From: Protoeuglena noctilucae
Taxonomy: Eukaryota
NCBI GenBank assembly: GCA_958009085.1
Contig: OY253692.1
Location: forward strand, 62,001 to 100,950
Direction: 5' to 3'
DNA length: 38,950 bases
Below, piece after piece: positions 24,578-35,000 of the stretch. Made by a program: the position numbers and the translations under genes. Each line of letters opens with the position of its first letter. Within the stretch, counting starts at the first letter, position 1. The notes beneath the pieces were generated by a model. That model was not told where the DNA came from. It made no database searches and was given only the letters and a program-made list of their open reading frames with translations.

Positions 24578-24988
24578 ATGACTTTAAAAGTTTGTATCAT
24601 GACTCCAGATCAAATTTTCTGGAATAAAGAAGCAGAAGAAATTATTTTACCAACAAATACAGGTCAAATGGGAGTTTTAACCAATCATGCTCCCTTAATT
24701 ACGGCTCTAGATATTGGTGTTATGTCGATTCGTACAAAAACCGAATGGCTACCTGTAGCACTTATGGGTGGTTTTGCTTTAGTTAAACAAAATCAAGTAA
24801 CCGTTCTAGTAAATGAAGCTGAATCTATAAACGATATTGATATGGAAACCATAGAAGAAGCTTATAACAATGCCAAACTAGTACTAGAGGCAGCAAATAC
24901 TGAAAAAGAAAAAGTAGAAGCTAACTCTGTTTTTAAAAGAGCAAAAGCTCGATATCAAATGGTAAAGCAAGAAGGTTTACCTAAATAA
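24578..24988 (+). CDS. atpE: ATP synthase CF1 epsilon subunit (136 aa)
   Basis: MTLKVCIMTPDQIFW..ILPTNTGQMGVLTNHAPLITALDIG; conserved ATG at 24578 preferred over TTG at 24548. Confidence 0.97.
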   Translation: MTLKVCIMTPDQIFWNKEAEEIILPTNTGQMGVLTNHAPLITALDIGVMSIRTKTEWLPVALMGGFALVKQNQVTVLVNEAESINDIDMETIEEAYNNAKLVLEAANTEKEKVEANSVFKRAKARYQMVKQEGLPK

Positions 24989-24995
24989 AACTCGA

Positions 24996-25023
24996 GCCTA
25001 TATTGTGGTTTCACAATATAGGC
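24996..25023. terminator. 3' stem-loop of atpE
   Basis: GCCTATATTGTG-GTTT-CACAATATAGGC. Confidence 0.7.
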
Positions 25024-25332
25024 AAAAAGAAATGGTAATAGATTGACAATTGAAAATATTGACAATTTGCTTTTTACAACTTGAAATTTTACAAAATTCA
25101 GTTATTATCAAATAAAACATAATTTTTTTAGATGTATTCATTGTTTTTTAATGATTACATTATATATATATATAATTTTAGTTTTAAACAAAAATATTTA
25201 TTCATAAAAAAAAGATTATTTTTTTAGCTAAATCCTTTTTTTATTAATTAAAGTCTAGCTTTGTTAAAATCTTCTTTTAAAGAATAAATTAAAAAATAAT
25301 TTCAAACTTAATAAATTATTAAAAGGATTGTT

Positions 25333-25941
25333 ATGACAAAATATCGTGGACCTCGTTTGCGAATTGTTCGACGTTTAGGTGAACTACCGGGTTTAACATC
25401 AAAATTAACTAACCGAAAAACACCTCCAGGCCAACATGGTTCGAGCCTAAAAAAACCATCACAATATGGAATTCGTCTTCAGGAAAAACAAAAATTACGT
25501 TATCATTACGGTGTTAAAGAATCCCAGTTAATGAAATATGTGAAACAGGCGAAAAAGATTCGTGGATCAACTGGTGAAGTTCTTTTACAGCTTTTAGAAA
25601 TGCGTCTGGATAATATTATCTTCCGTTTAGGTTTAACACCTACAATTAACGCAGCTAGACAATTAGTTAGTCATGGTCATGTGTTAGTAAATAATGAAAA
25701 AGTAAATATTCCAAGTTTTCAGTGTAAACCAAAAGATACTATATCAATTCGAAATAAAAAAGAATCACAGGATTTAATTCAAAAAAATCTAGAAAACAAA
25801 AGTGAAAGAACAATACCACCTCATTTAAGCTTAAATCAACAAAATAAAGTAGCTATTATTAATAGCTATGTTCAAAGAGACTGGGTAGGTTTACAACTTA
25901 ATGAATTATTAGTTGTAGAATTTTATTCACGAAAATTATAA
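25333..25941 (+). CDS. rps4: 30S ribosomal protein S4
   Basis: [41 protein letters not shown] and [11 protein letters not shown]. Confidence 0.99.
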   Translation: MTKYRGPRLRIVRRLGELPGLTSKLTNRKTPPGQHGSSLKKPSQYGIRLQEKQKLRYHYGVKESQLMKYVKQAKKIRGSTGEVLLQLLEMRLDNIIFRLGLTPTINAARQLVSHGHVLVNNEKVNIPSFQCKPKDTISIRNKKESQDLIQKNLENKSERTIPPHLSLNQQNKVAIINSYVQRDWVGLQLNELLVVEFYSRKL

Positions 25942-25947
25942 ATTTTG

Positions 25948-25978
25948 TTTCGTGATCGCTTCAAATTCGATCACGAAA
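25948..25978. terminator. 3' stem-loop of rps4
   Basis: TTTCGTGATCG...CGATCACGAAA inverted repeat. Confidence 0.65.
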
Positions 25979-26064
25979 AACTTCAAATTTGCATTAATAT
26001 TACCTCATAACTAATCCAATTAAGACTTGTTTTTTAATTGATTTTTTAAAATAATTTCTAAAAA

Positions 26065-26149
26065 CGGAAAGGAAGGGATTCGAACCCTTGGTAGCATTCA
26101 CTACATAAACTTTCCAGGTTTATACCTTAAACCACTCGGACACCTTTCC
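26065..26149 (-). tRNA. trnS-GGA: tRNA-Ser(GGA)
   Basis: GGAAAGG/CCTTTCC acceptor, TAAAC-CT-GGA-AA-GTTTA anticodon arm, long variable arm and discriminator G. Confidence 0.96.
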
Positions 26150-26234
26150 TTTTTTTCTTTCTTCTAAAAAAGAAAACTCTACGATTTTACGGTGGATAAT
26201 AACAGATTTGTTTTTTTGTTTCAATTACTTTTTT

Positions 26235-26319
26235 TGGGGATAGAGGGACTTGAACCCTCACAGTACAAAGTACCGACGGATTTTAAGTCCGTCGCGTCTA
26301 CCAATTCCGCCATATCCTC
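26235..26319 (-). tRNA. trnL-UAA: tRNA-Leu(UAA), intron-less
   Basis: GAGGATATGGCGGAATTGGTAGACGC, ACGGA-CT-TAA-AA-TCCGT anticodon arm and long variable arm. Confidence 0.96.
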
Positions 26320-26407
26320 GATATTGTAATAATTTCATTATAACAGAAAAAAAAAATAATCCAATATTGTTAAAAAAAAAAAACTATGTTAAAATCATAT
26401 TCGTGAA

Positions 26408-26489
26408 GGGTCGATGCTCGAGTGGTTAATGAGGTTGGTTTGTAAAACCAATGGTTACGCCTACACTGGTTCGAATCCAGTTCGACCCA
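26408..26489 (+). tRNA. trnY-GUA: tRNA-Tyr(GUA)
   Basis: GGGTCGA/TCGACCC acceptor, TTGGT-TT-GTA-AA-ACCAA anticodon arm and long variable arm. Confidence 0.96.
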
Positions 26490-26568
26490 AAAAAATGAAT
26501 TTTTTTTTCGAATTGTAGGTTTCTACAAGTCGAAAACCATTTTTCATTAAATTTTAATCTTTTAAAAA

Positions 26569-26640
26569 GAGTCTATCGTCTAATGGATAGGACAGAAACC
26601 TTCTAAGTTTTAAATGTAGGTTCGACTCCTACTAGACTCA
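26569..26640 (+). tRNA. trnR-UCU: tRNA-Arg(UCU)
   Basis: GAGTCTA/TAGACTC acceptor, GTCTAATGGATAGGAC D arm and CT-TCT-AA loop. Confidence 0.96.
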
Positions 26641-26738
26641 AAAAAACCAATTTTTTAAAAAAAGAACTATGCCTACAAATCCTTTTTAATGCTATTATAT
26701 TAACTTAATAAGTAAAAAATACTAATATTATTTTTATT

Positions 26739-27974
26739 ATGTCAATATTAGCTTGGATTGAAGATCAAAGAAAAATAAAATTATTAAAAGCTCCAAAATA
26801 TACTGAATCCTCAAATGATAGTGGACAAGGTCTTTGGACCCGTTGCGATAATTGTGGAGTTATTTTGTATATAAAGCATTTAAAAGAAAATCAAAGAGTT
26901 TGTTTCGGTTGTGGATATCATTTACAAATGAGTAGTTATGAACGAATTGATTCATTAATCGATAATGGTTCTTGGCGACCTTTAGATGAAATGCTATCGC
27001 CGGGCGACCCCTTAGAATTTAAAGATCAAAAACTTTATACCGAGCGATTAAAAGATGCACAACAACGAACAGGATTACAAGATGGTGTTCAAACCGGAAC
27101 AGGATTAATCGATGGAATTCCTGTAGCTCTCGGAGTGATGGATTTTAATTTTATGGGTGGTAGCATGGGATCTGTAGTTGGTGAGAAAATAACTCGTCTT
27201 ATCGAATATGCTACACAAGAAGGTTTAGTTCTGATTTTAATATGTGCTTCGGGTGGAGCGAGAATGCAAGAGGGCATTTTTAGTTTAATGCAAATGGCAA
27301 AAATTTCTGCTGCCTTACATACACATCAAACTGTAGCTAAACTTTTATATATTTCAGTACTTACATCACCTACAACTGGAGGAGTTACGGCTAGTTTTGC
27401 TATGTTGGGGGATTTAATTTTTGCCGAACCAAAAGCTTTAATAGGATTTGCCGGACGACGTGTTATTGAACAAACATTACGTGAACAATTACCAGAGGAC
27501 TTTCAAACATCAGAGTACTTGTTACATCATGGTTTAGTAGATTTAATAGTACCTCGTTCATATATAAAACAAGCTTTAGCTGAAACTATAACGTTTCATA
27601 AAAATACAACTTATCCAAAATTTGGTAAAATTCCACATGGGGTTCAGTTTAGTAACAATTTAGTCTATCAAGAACATATTAATCGAAACTATAATCGTTT
27701 TGTTAAAAATGAGTCGGGAGAACGAATAAATAAGAATCTTTCTTATGATAAATTTGTAGAATCTTTTAAAGAAATTTTAAAGCTAACAAAAACTCAAAAA
27801 GATATTTCATCGATTATTACAGAAAATTCATCTTTTATATCAAATGGAATTGATGGCAAAATTTTGCTTTGGAAAGCTAGTTATAGTAATAATTCTGACA
27901 AGTCCTTAAATAAAAGTAATCAAAGTTTGAACTTTGATATTATTTCTGATTTTCATATCATAAGTGATGAATAA
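26739..27974 (+). CDS. accD: Acetyl-CoA carboxylase carboxyltransferase beta
   Basis: [10 protein letters not shown] Zn finger, [31 protein letters not shown] and [10 protein letters not shown]. Confidence 0.98.
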   Translation: MSILAWIEDQRKIKLLKAPKYTESSNDSGQGLWTRCDNCGVILYIKHLKENQRVCFGCGYHLQMSSYERIDSLIDNGSWRPLDEMLSPGDPLEFKDQKLYTERLKDAQQRTGLQDGVQTGTGLIDGIPVALGVMDFNFMGGSMGSVVGEKITRLIEYATQEGLVLILICASGGARMQEGIFSLMQMAKISAALHTHQTVAKLLYISVLTSPTTGGVTASFAMLGDLIFAEPKALIGFAGRRVIEQTLREQLPEDFQTSEYLLHHGLVDLIVPRSYIKQALAETITFHKNTTYPKFGKIPHGVQFSNNLVYQEHINRNYNRFVKNESGERINKNLSYDKFVESFKEILKLTKTQKDISSIITENSSFISNGIDGKILLWKASYSNNSDKSLNKSNQSLNFDIISDFHIISDE

Positions 27975-27975
27975 A

Positions 27976-28007
27976 GTTTTTCTTCTCTTTTTTGAGAAGA
28001 AAAACTA
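27976..28007. terminator. 3' stem-loop of accD
   Basis: AGTTTTTCTTCTC-TTTTTT-GAGAAGAAAAACT. Confidence 0.65.
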
Positions 28008-28154
28008 ACACTATTGTCTATCATAACTTTCTTCTCGGAACGAGACCAAAATCTAAATATTTGCCATAAAAATTTAAAAACTCTATATAGTGTCAAATTT
28101 TTAACTTTAAAAAGATAATAAAAAGATATTCATGTTTAGTAAAACAATTTCATT

Positions 28155-29216
28155 ATGAGTATATTAATTGAAAATATATCTAAAAAATACAACAATTCCT
28201 TAGTTTTAAACTATGTTAATATTGAAATTGCTTCTGGAAGTCTTGTAGCTTTAGTAGGACCTTCGGGCTCTGGCAAATCCACTTTATTACGAATTATCGC
28301 CGGATTTGAAAAAGCGGATTCAGGCAATATTTGGTTATTTGGTAGACAAGCAAATACAATTCCTATTCAAGATAGAGAAGTAGGTTTCGTTTTTCAAAAC
28401 TATGCTTTGTTTAATCATATGAATGTATGGCAAAATATTGAATACGGCTTATTCTTGCGTGATATACCATATCAAAATCGGCAGAAACGAGTTCGTGAAT
28501 TAATAAAATTAGTACAACTTGAACGTTTACAAGACAGATATCCAAAACAATTATCAGGAGGTCAAAAGCAAAGAGTGGCATTAGCTCGAGCATTAGCTAT
28601 TGAACCTAAACTTCTTCTATTAGACGAGCCTTTTGGTGCATTAGATGAAAAAGTAAAAAAAGAACTTTGTTTTTGGTTAAAAAAATTACATGAAAAAGTG
28701 CCAGTAACCACGATTTTTGTGACACATGATCAACAAGAAGCCTTAGAAATTGCAACCAACATTGTTCTTTTTAATAAAGGGAAAGTTGAACAAATGGGGT
28801 CCCCTCAAGAAATCTATGATAATCCGGTAAATCAATTTACGCTAGATTTTTTTGGGGCCAGTAATAATATTCCTCAAAAATCGTCGACAAATTTAGTAAA
28901 AAATAATTTTTTACGTCCCCATCAATTCAAAATTGCATTATATGAACAAGGTTCGGATTCATTTCGAAAGAGCTTCGAAGCACTAACAATTGCAATCAAA
29001 ATAGAAAAAATAATTTACGGGGAACCAACTATTCGTATTATTGGTAAAATGTTAACAAAACAATTTTTTACCGCAAAAATAAAAGATTTTTCTTTGATTG
29101 AAAAAAATCAAATTTTTTTACAAATGAGTCGAAAGGATTTCTATAATAACAATTTTTCAAAAAATAAGGATATTATTTTTATAGAACCAAAATTTTTAAC
29201 TGAACCCTTTTTTTAG
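28155..29216 (+). CDS. cysA: Sulfate ABC transporter ATP-binding subunit
   Basis: GPSGSGKS, GFVFQNYALF, LSGGQKQRVALARAL, LLLDEPFGALD and FVTHDQQEA; CysA is the plastid-encoded member of this family. Confidence 0.93.
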   Translation: MSILIENISKKYNNSLVLNYVNIEIASGSLVALVGPSGSGKSTLLRIIAGFEKADSGNIWLFGRQANTIPIQDREVGFVFQNYALFNHMNVWQNIEYGLFLRDIPYQNRQKRVRELIKLVQLERLQDRYPKQLSGGQKQRVALARALAIEPKLLLLDEPFGALDEKVKKELCFWLKKLHEKVPVTTIFVTHDQQEALEIATNIVLFNKGKVEQMGSPQEIYDNPVNQFTLDFFGASNNIPQKSSTNLVKNNFLRPHQFKIALYEQGSDSFRKSFEALTIAIKIEKIIYGEPTIRIIGKMLTKQFFTAKIKDFSLIEKNQIFLQMSRKDFYNNNFSKNKDIIFIEPKFLTEPFF

Positions 29217-29568
29217 TCGGTTAAACCGATTTTTGCCCAACTTGTTTACGTGAGAATCTTTTCTTGATTAAGAAATATAAAAAAGTTGCGTTTGCTTAAC
29301 ATCGAAGAAATTTTTATGAAAGAAGTGCTTCATTCAGTTTATTTATTCTTGCTAATACATGAATTTTAACGGTTTTTCTAAAAGAAATAGTAAGTAAAAA
29401 GAATACAAAATTAAAAGATATAGTTTTATAACTTCATAAATACTTTTTTTACTTTTTTTTAGAAAAAAAAGCTGCGTCATTTACCATTATTTCTATTGGT
29501 ATAAACTTTTGTTTTTTAGATATTATCTTTCGGTTCAGGTTATGCTATTTATACATTATAAATAGCTC

Positions 29569-29639
29569 GCGGGTATTGCATAAAGGTAGTGTCTTTGCCT
29601 TCCAAGCAAAAGGTACGGGTTCGATTCCCGTTACCCGCT
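29569..29639 (+). tRNA. trnG-UCC: tRNA-Gly(UCC)
   Basis: GCGGGTA/TACCCGC acceptor with discriminator T; TTTGC-CT-TCC-AA-GCAAA anticodon arm. Confidence 0.96.
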
Positions 29640-29836
29640 TTTTAAGATTTTATTTCAGCCAAAAAACTAAAAACCAAGTTAGTTTACAATCTTAAATTCT
29701 CCGAATTTATTATTATACTAAAGCGTATATATCAACTCTTCCTTCTATTTACTAAAATCTTACGAAACTAAACAACATTTACAATGATGTGGAGAAACTT
29801 TTTTAAACATAGTTTTTCTAAAAAAATTAAAATATG

Positions 29837-29909
29837 GGTGATCGACGGGGTTCGAACCCGCGAATAACGGAGCCACAATCCATTGCCTTACCACTTGGCG
29901 ACGACCACC
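29837..29909 (-). tRNA. trnH-GUG: tRNA-His(GUG) with encoded G-1
   Basis: G-GTGGTCG/CGATCAC-C acceptor and ATGGA-TT-GTG-GC-TCCGT anticodon arm. Confidence 0.96.
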
Positions 29910-29972
29910 AGATTTACATAAGTCTAGCAAAAGATTTCTTTTTGTATAGACAAAAAGAAATTAAAAATGAAG

Positions 29973-30008
29973 AATTCGATTCTTTTTGTTAACAAAAAGA
30001 ATCGAATT
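29973..30008. repeat. Perfect 36-bp palindrome
   Basis: AATTCGATTCTTTTTGTT|AACAAAAAGAATCGAATT. Confidence 0.8.
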
Positions 30009-30255
30009 TTCTGAAATAAATTGAGTTTTTGATTAGGATCAAGAATCTAGTTTCTTTAAAGATATAAGAAAGAAATTTAATCTTAAGAAAACCTCGGTTC
30101 AACTTTAAGTTTGTTAGTGAGGTAAAGTACCCACCCTCCCAAGATTTGTTTGGATTAAATAAAACAATATTATTGCACTTTAAAGAAAATTTCATTGAAT
30201 TTGAAGGTAGTTTTCAGTCTAACCTTTTCTTTCAACATTTTGTTTTTATATTCTT

Positions 30256-30384
30256 TTATAACGAAGACCCTAATCCAACGTATGAACCATAGAAAAATAC
30301 ACCTAAAAGTGTGATAGCTAGCATACCTACTACAGTTCCTACAAGCCAAAGAGGAATACGACCAGTTGTTCCAGTGTTAGACAT
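30256..30384 (-). CDS. psbJ: Photosystem II protein J
   Basis: Hand translation [42 protein letters not shown]. Confidence 0.97.
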   Translation of the reverse strand: MSNTGTTGRIPLWLVGTVVGMLAITLLGVFFYGSYVGLGSSL

Positions 30385-30549
30385 AGAAGGGATTTTTTTA
30401 TTCTTTATTTTTTAGAAATGCTATTTTATTGGAAAATAAGTTTTCCACAGCCGCGGTCTTTCCTAAATAACATTTAGTAACTCCATGCATGGAGAAGCGG
30501 ACCTTTAAGCTATAGTAGTTATTCTACTATAGCTTTTATTATTTTTTTT

Positions 30550-30666
30550 TTAATTAAAAATATAACTTGAAAAAAGAACTGCTAAAACAAAGATTAAAAG
30601 TAAACCCCAGTACAAACTTGTACGGTTAAGTTCTACTGTTTGTTTATTAGGATTTGGTTTTACCAT
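30550..30666 (-). CDS. psbL: Photosystem II protein L
   Basis: Hand translation [38 protein letters not shown]. Confidence 0.98.
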   Translation of the reverse strand: MVKPNPNKQTVELNRTSLYWGLLLIFVLAVLFSSYIFN

Positions 30667-30691
30667 ACTTAATTTTGAAATTTAGTTAAGT

Positions 30692-30817
30692 TTAACGTTG
30701 AATAAACTGCATAGCAGTGATAGACCCTAAGAAGAAAATCGTCGGAATAGCTAAAGCATGAACAGCTAACCAGCGAAACGTAAAAATAGGGTATGTATAT
30801 GTTTTTTTTGTAGCCAT
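30692..30817 (-). CDS. psbF: Cytochrome b559 beta subunit
   Basis: Hand translation [41 protein letters not shown]. Confidence 0.98.
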   Translation of the reverse strand: MATKKTYTYPIFTFRWLAVHALAIPTIFFLGSITAMQFIQR

Positions 30818-30824
30818 AAATTTA

Positions 30825-31073
30825 TTATTGTGCAGATAATTGTTTCACTTGTTCTAACGCATTGAAACGATCCGTGATTAATGGATTTTCTTGACGTTCT
30901 TGTGTAAAGTACTCATTTGGTCGAGGACTGCCAAAAACATCATAAGCTAATCCAGTACTTACAAAAAGCCATCCTGCAATAAATAAGGATGGTACAGTAA
31001 TGCTATGTATTACCCAGTAACGGATACTTGTTAAAATATCAGAAAACGGTCTTTCACCTGTAATTCCAGACAT
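30825..31073 (-). CDS. psbE: Cytochrome b559 alpha subunit
   Basis: [31 protein letters not shown]; Shine-Dalgarno AAGGAG upstream. Confidence 0.99.
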   Translation of the reverse strand: MSGITGERPFSDILTSIRYWVIHSITVPSLFIAGWLFVSTGLAYDVFGSPRPNEYFTQERQENPLITDRFNALEQVKQLSAQ

Positions 31074-31577
31074 GATTGGCTCCTTTTAGTACTTTTTTTT
31101 ATAAATATGTTTTATTTTTAAGTTTTTTCAAAAAAAAAACTTAATTAGATTGTAAAGATCACAAAAAATCTTGTGATCTTAATGGTCAATTTTCTGTAGT
31201 ATATCGCTAGGATTTTCAAGAATCAAGCTTTAGTATAAATAAATTTCTTTTTTTTTTTAGTTTGTATTTCTTTCAATTAAAATTTTGTTTTTTTGCTCCA
31301 ACCGAAACATAGAAATTTATTTAAAGACTATATACGAAAAAAATTTAAATAATAGAAAATTCAAATAGTTTTTAGAAATTCATTTTTCTTTTGAAGTTTT
31401 ATGATAATATAAAGATAAACGAATACTTTATTTTAAAAATATTGTAAAAATTTTCTTTTCTTTGTTTTACATACTTAGTTTTTGACAAACTAAAGGTAAA
31501 CCATAGTTCTGACTTTTTTTACAAAGTTTTTTAAAAATCGATTTTTTCTAGCAAATTTTTAATTATATAAAACTTTT

Positions 31578-31766
31578 ATGCTTTTCATTTTTCAACTAAC
31601 TTTATTCGCACTAATAGTAGTATCTTTTCTTCTAGTTGTAGGAGTACCTGTAGTTTTCGCATCACCAAATGCGTGGGCTGAAAACAAAGGAACAGTTTTT
31701 TCAGGCTTAGGTATTTGGTTCTTGTTAGTTTTTGCCGTTGGTATTTTAAATTCTTTTGTGGTATAG
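31578..31766 (+). CDS. psbZ: Photosystem II protein Z
   Basis: 62 aa, [41 protein letters not shown]. Confidence 0.97.
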   Translation: MLFIFQLTLFALIVVSFLLVVGVPVVFASPNAWAENKGTVFSGLGIWFLLVFAVGILNSFVV

Positions 31767-32094
31767 TATTTTTTTCCATACAGTTATAGTAAATTGTATG
31801 GGAAAATTTTTAGAAAAATGTAGAAACAAAAAAAGTTAACATTTGATTTCTGTTTCTAAGCCTATCGTTGATTTCATTTTATCGTGGTAAAATATATATA
31901 GATATTTTTTTCATTTTTTATTTTTCATACAACTATAGATTCGAACGATTCCCTATTTTAAATTATTATACAATTGAGAATAAACAGAAAAATTAGTGAT
32001 TCACCTTAAAACAATAACCGTATAAGAAAATATATGAAATCCGAGAAATAAGAAATTCAAACCTATACAATATTATTTACCTTAAAAAATTTTT

Positions 32095-35000
32095 ATGAGT
32101 ACTTTAAAAAAAAAAAATCAAAATTTACAAAAAAAGACGCAGATATATCAATTGAAAGATATTCGACAGTCTTTTAAAACTAAAATATATTCAAGTTTTC
32201 AACAGTTTTTTGATTGGAAGTCTGTGGTTGCATTAATTCCAATTATTTTTAGTTTTTATCCTTATTCTTCAAAACAAAGCTTTAAAAATTATATTGGAAC
32301 CAATTTAACTAGTTTTACAGATAATAAAAATATAAAATTCCCTATAGAAATATACAAATATAAAAAATTATTTTTTTATGATTCGTTAGTTCAAAAAAAT
32401 CTAAAAAATGAGATAAATACAGAAAAAAATAAATATCAGTTTGATATGTTGTTAGATGTTTTACTATTTAACAAAACTTTTGTATTTGATAATTCCACAT
32501 TGCCTTTAAAAATAGGCTCCTTTTTAAACAATACAAAAGAAAAAGATCAAACTAATAAAACGATATTCCAACTTCGAACTTTAAAACAGTTAAATTTTTC
32601 ACAAAAAAAAACCAATAGAACAATTTTACAAAAAAAATTAAGTATTGCCAATCTACAAAATTTAGATAGTTTTTCTTTATATTATTTCTTAAAAAAACAA
32701 AATATTAAACTCAAATACACTCTTCAAAGTATTGAAGATAAAGAAAAAAGTTTGATTTTAAATTCAGGAAATTTTTATTGGAATCTCTTTTTTCAAAATA
32801 GTTTTATGAAAAGTTTCGATTCAACCATTGCTTTCCCTTCGGGAGCAAAAAAAAATAAAGACGAAACGTTTCCTTTACTGAAACAATCAATACAAGACTT
32901 TTTTTTTACCTCAAAACCAAAAATCATAGAAAAAACTATTTTAACGAAAACTCCAAAAGTTGAAATAAAATCGTCCAGTAAAAACTTGAACTATGTTTTA
33001 AAGTTAAACGAAGAAAATAATGATATCATTTTTCAAAATCCAAAACTTTTATCAAAAATCATTTATTTAATAATTTCTGAAAATGAATTACAAGATAGTA
33101 GTTTTGATTTTTTTGGTGGAACGATAAAAAAACGAAAAAAATTTATCTCATTGCCTCCTTTTTTAAATGTTAATGAGAATGTTTATATCCAAGATCTAAA
33201 ATATACTTATTCACCAAATACAAAAATTTCTAAAGATTGGGAATTTTTAAAAGCTTCCTCAAAAGAAGAAAATTCAAAAAATTCAACAATTATTCGTGAA
33301 TTGAAAAACCGATTTGGAGATCAATTATTTTATAGTACTAGACAGTATTCAAAACCGACTACAAAAACTATTGTAGAAATTTCAGTCGATAGTAATTCTA
33401 TAAAGGAATTCAATACTAAATTTTTTACTAATTATGATCCAAAATTAACGATAAGTATCGATATTCCATTTTATTGGGATTGTTTTACAAATGACAATAC
33501 GAAAAAAAATATTATTAATTTTTTAGACATAAATAAAAAATTCATTACAAATGAAAAAGAAAAGATTTTTTTTCTAACAAATCAAAATTTACTCCCATTT
33601 TCAAATCAAGAACTCATTAATGATTTTTATCAATATTATCCAAATCTTTTCAAATCCTCAGATACAAGTAACATTATTGTAAAAAATAAAGAATATTTAC
33701 GTGAACTTTTTTTTATTTCTTTTACACAAATTAGCATTTGTTTTTATTTGTTTTACTTATTACGTAAAGTGTACAAATCGTATCAATACGAACTAGGTTT
33801 TTATTTATTGGAGTTTGCATCACGTTTAAATTTATATGATGAAGATATAAAAAGTATCATTAATGAAGTTTATGAAAATGGAAATATTAGAATTTTTAGG
33901 AAATTTAATGTTTCATTTTTAGCTCTCGGAGGTATGATAGAGTTACTTCCTAAATTTAGTGAAACTGTTTGGTTTTTAAAAAATCAATGTCGTCCTTCGA
34001 AAAATGGGGCATTAATTCCAAAAGCAATTTTGCTAGTAGGTCCTCCAGGGACAGGTAAAACTTTATTAGTCAAAACTATTGGCGCGGAAGCAAAAGTACC
34101 TGTTTTAATTCAATCCGGAAATACTATTTTAGAAGACTCGGAGGGGATCAGTAAGCTACAAGAAGCGTTTCAAAAAGCTCGCGAAATGGCTCCTTGTGTT
34201 TTATTTATTGATGAAATGGATACCATTGGATCAAAACGAATCGAACTAGAGTTAACTAATATTCAAGAACAGTCGGTAGTAAAAAACCAACTAAAACTCA
34301 AATTTGAGGATTTAGAAACTACGGTCTTAAAAAATAAAAAAAATGAAAATGTTTTTTCAAACCCGATAAATTCAGGACAACAAGTAAATGCCTTAACTCA
34401 ATTATTAGTAGAATTAGACGGAATTGAAAAAAGGCAAGGATTTGTAGTTTTTGGAGCAACTAATCGACGTGAAACATTGGATCCGGCTTTAATACGTCCC
34501 GGTCGTTTTAATGAGGTCATAGAAATAGGATTACCTGATTTAAAAAAACGAATAGAAATTTTAAAAATTTATACAAAAAAATTAGGATTTGTAGAAAAAA
34601 TCGATTGGAATACTTATGGGAAATTAACTTTAAATTATAGCGCGGCAGATTTAGCTACTATTGTCAATCGTTCCGCAATACAGTCTATATTGAATAATCA
34701 AAAACATTCAAACGTCTCTCTCTATAAAGCTTTAAAGAACCAAAAATCTGATGATTTATCTTTTTCTATTAATAAATTAAATAAAACTTTAAATAAAAAA
34801 AATTCGCTATCTGACCAATTTTTCCACCTTAATCCATGGGTACTTCAAATGACTTATTATGAAATTGGTCATTCTTTATTTAAACAAAAGTTAATTGATT
34901 TTTTAAATTCACAAAATAAAACTAATTTTAACCAATTAACCCCTGAAAACGTTAATCTTTCGTTAGAGAAAAGATTAGATCAACGATCAGAAACTAGTTT

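Noticed and set aside
27600..27974. About 120-aa C-terminal extension of AccD as a novel domain
   Set aside because: Similar extensions are, to my knowledge, usual in chlorophyte plastid AccD, and no motif is visible.
29989..30195. 68-aa ORF between trnH and psbJ
   Set aside because: It has no recognisable similarity, has spacer-like composition and ends inside a palindrome.
30451..30503. Hammerhead ribozyme or glutamine riboswitch in the psbJ leader
   Set aside because: There is no CUGANGA core. The AGUA/GAA resemblance is imperfect and on the antisense strand.
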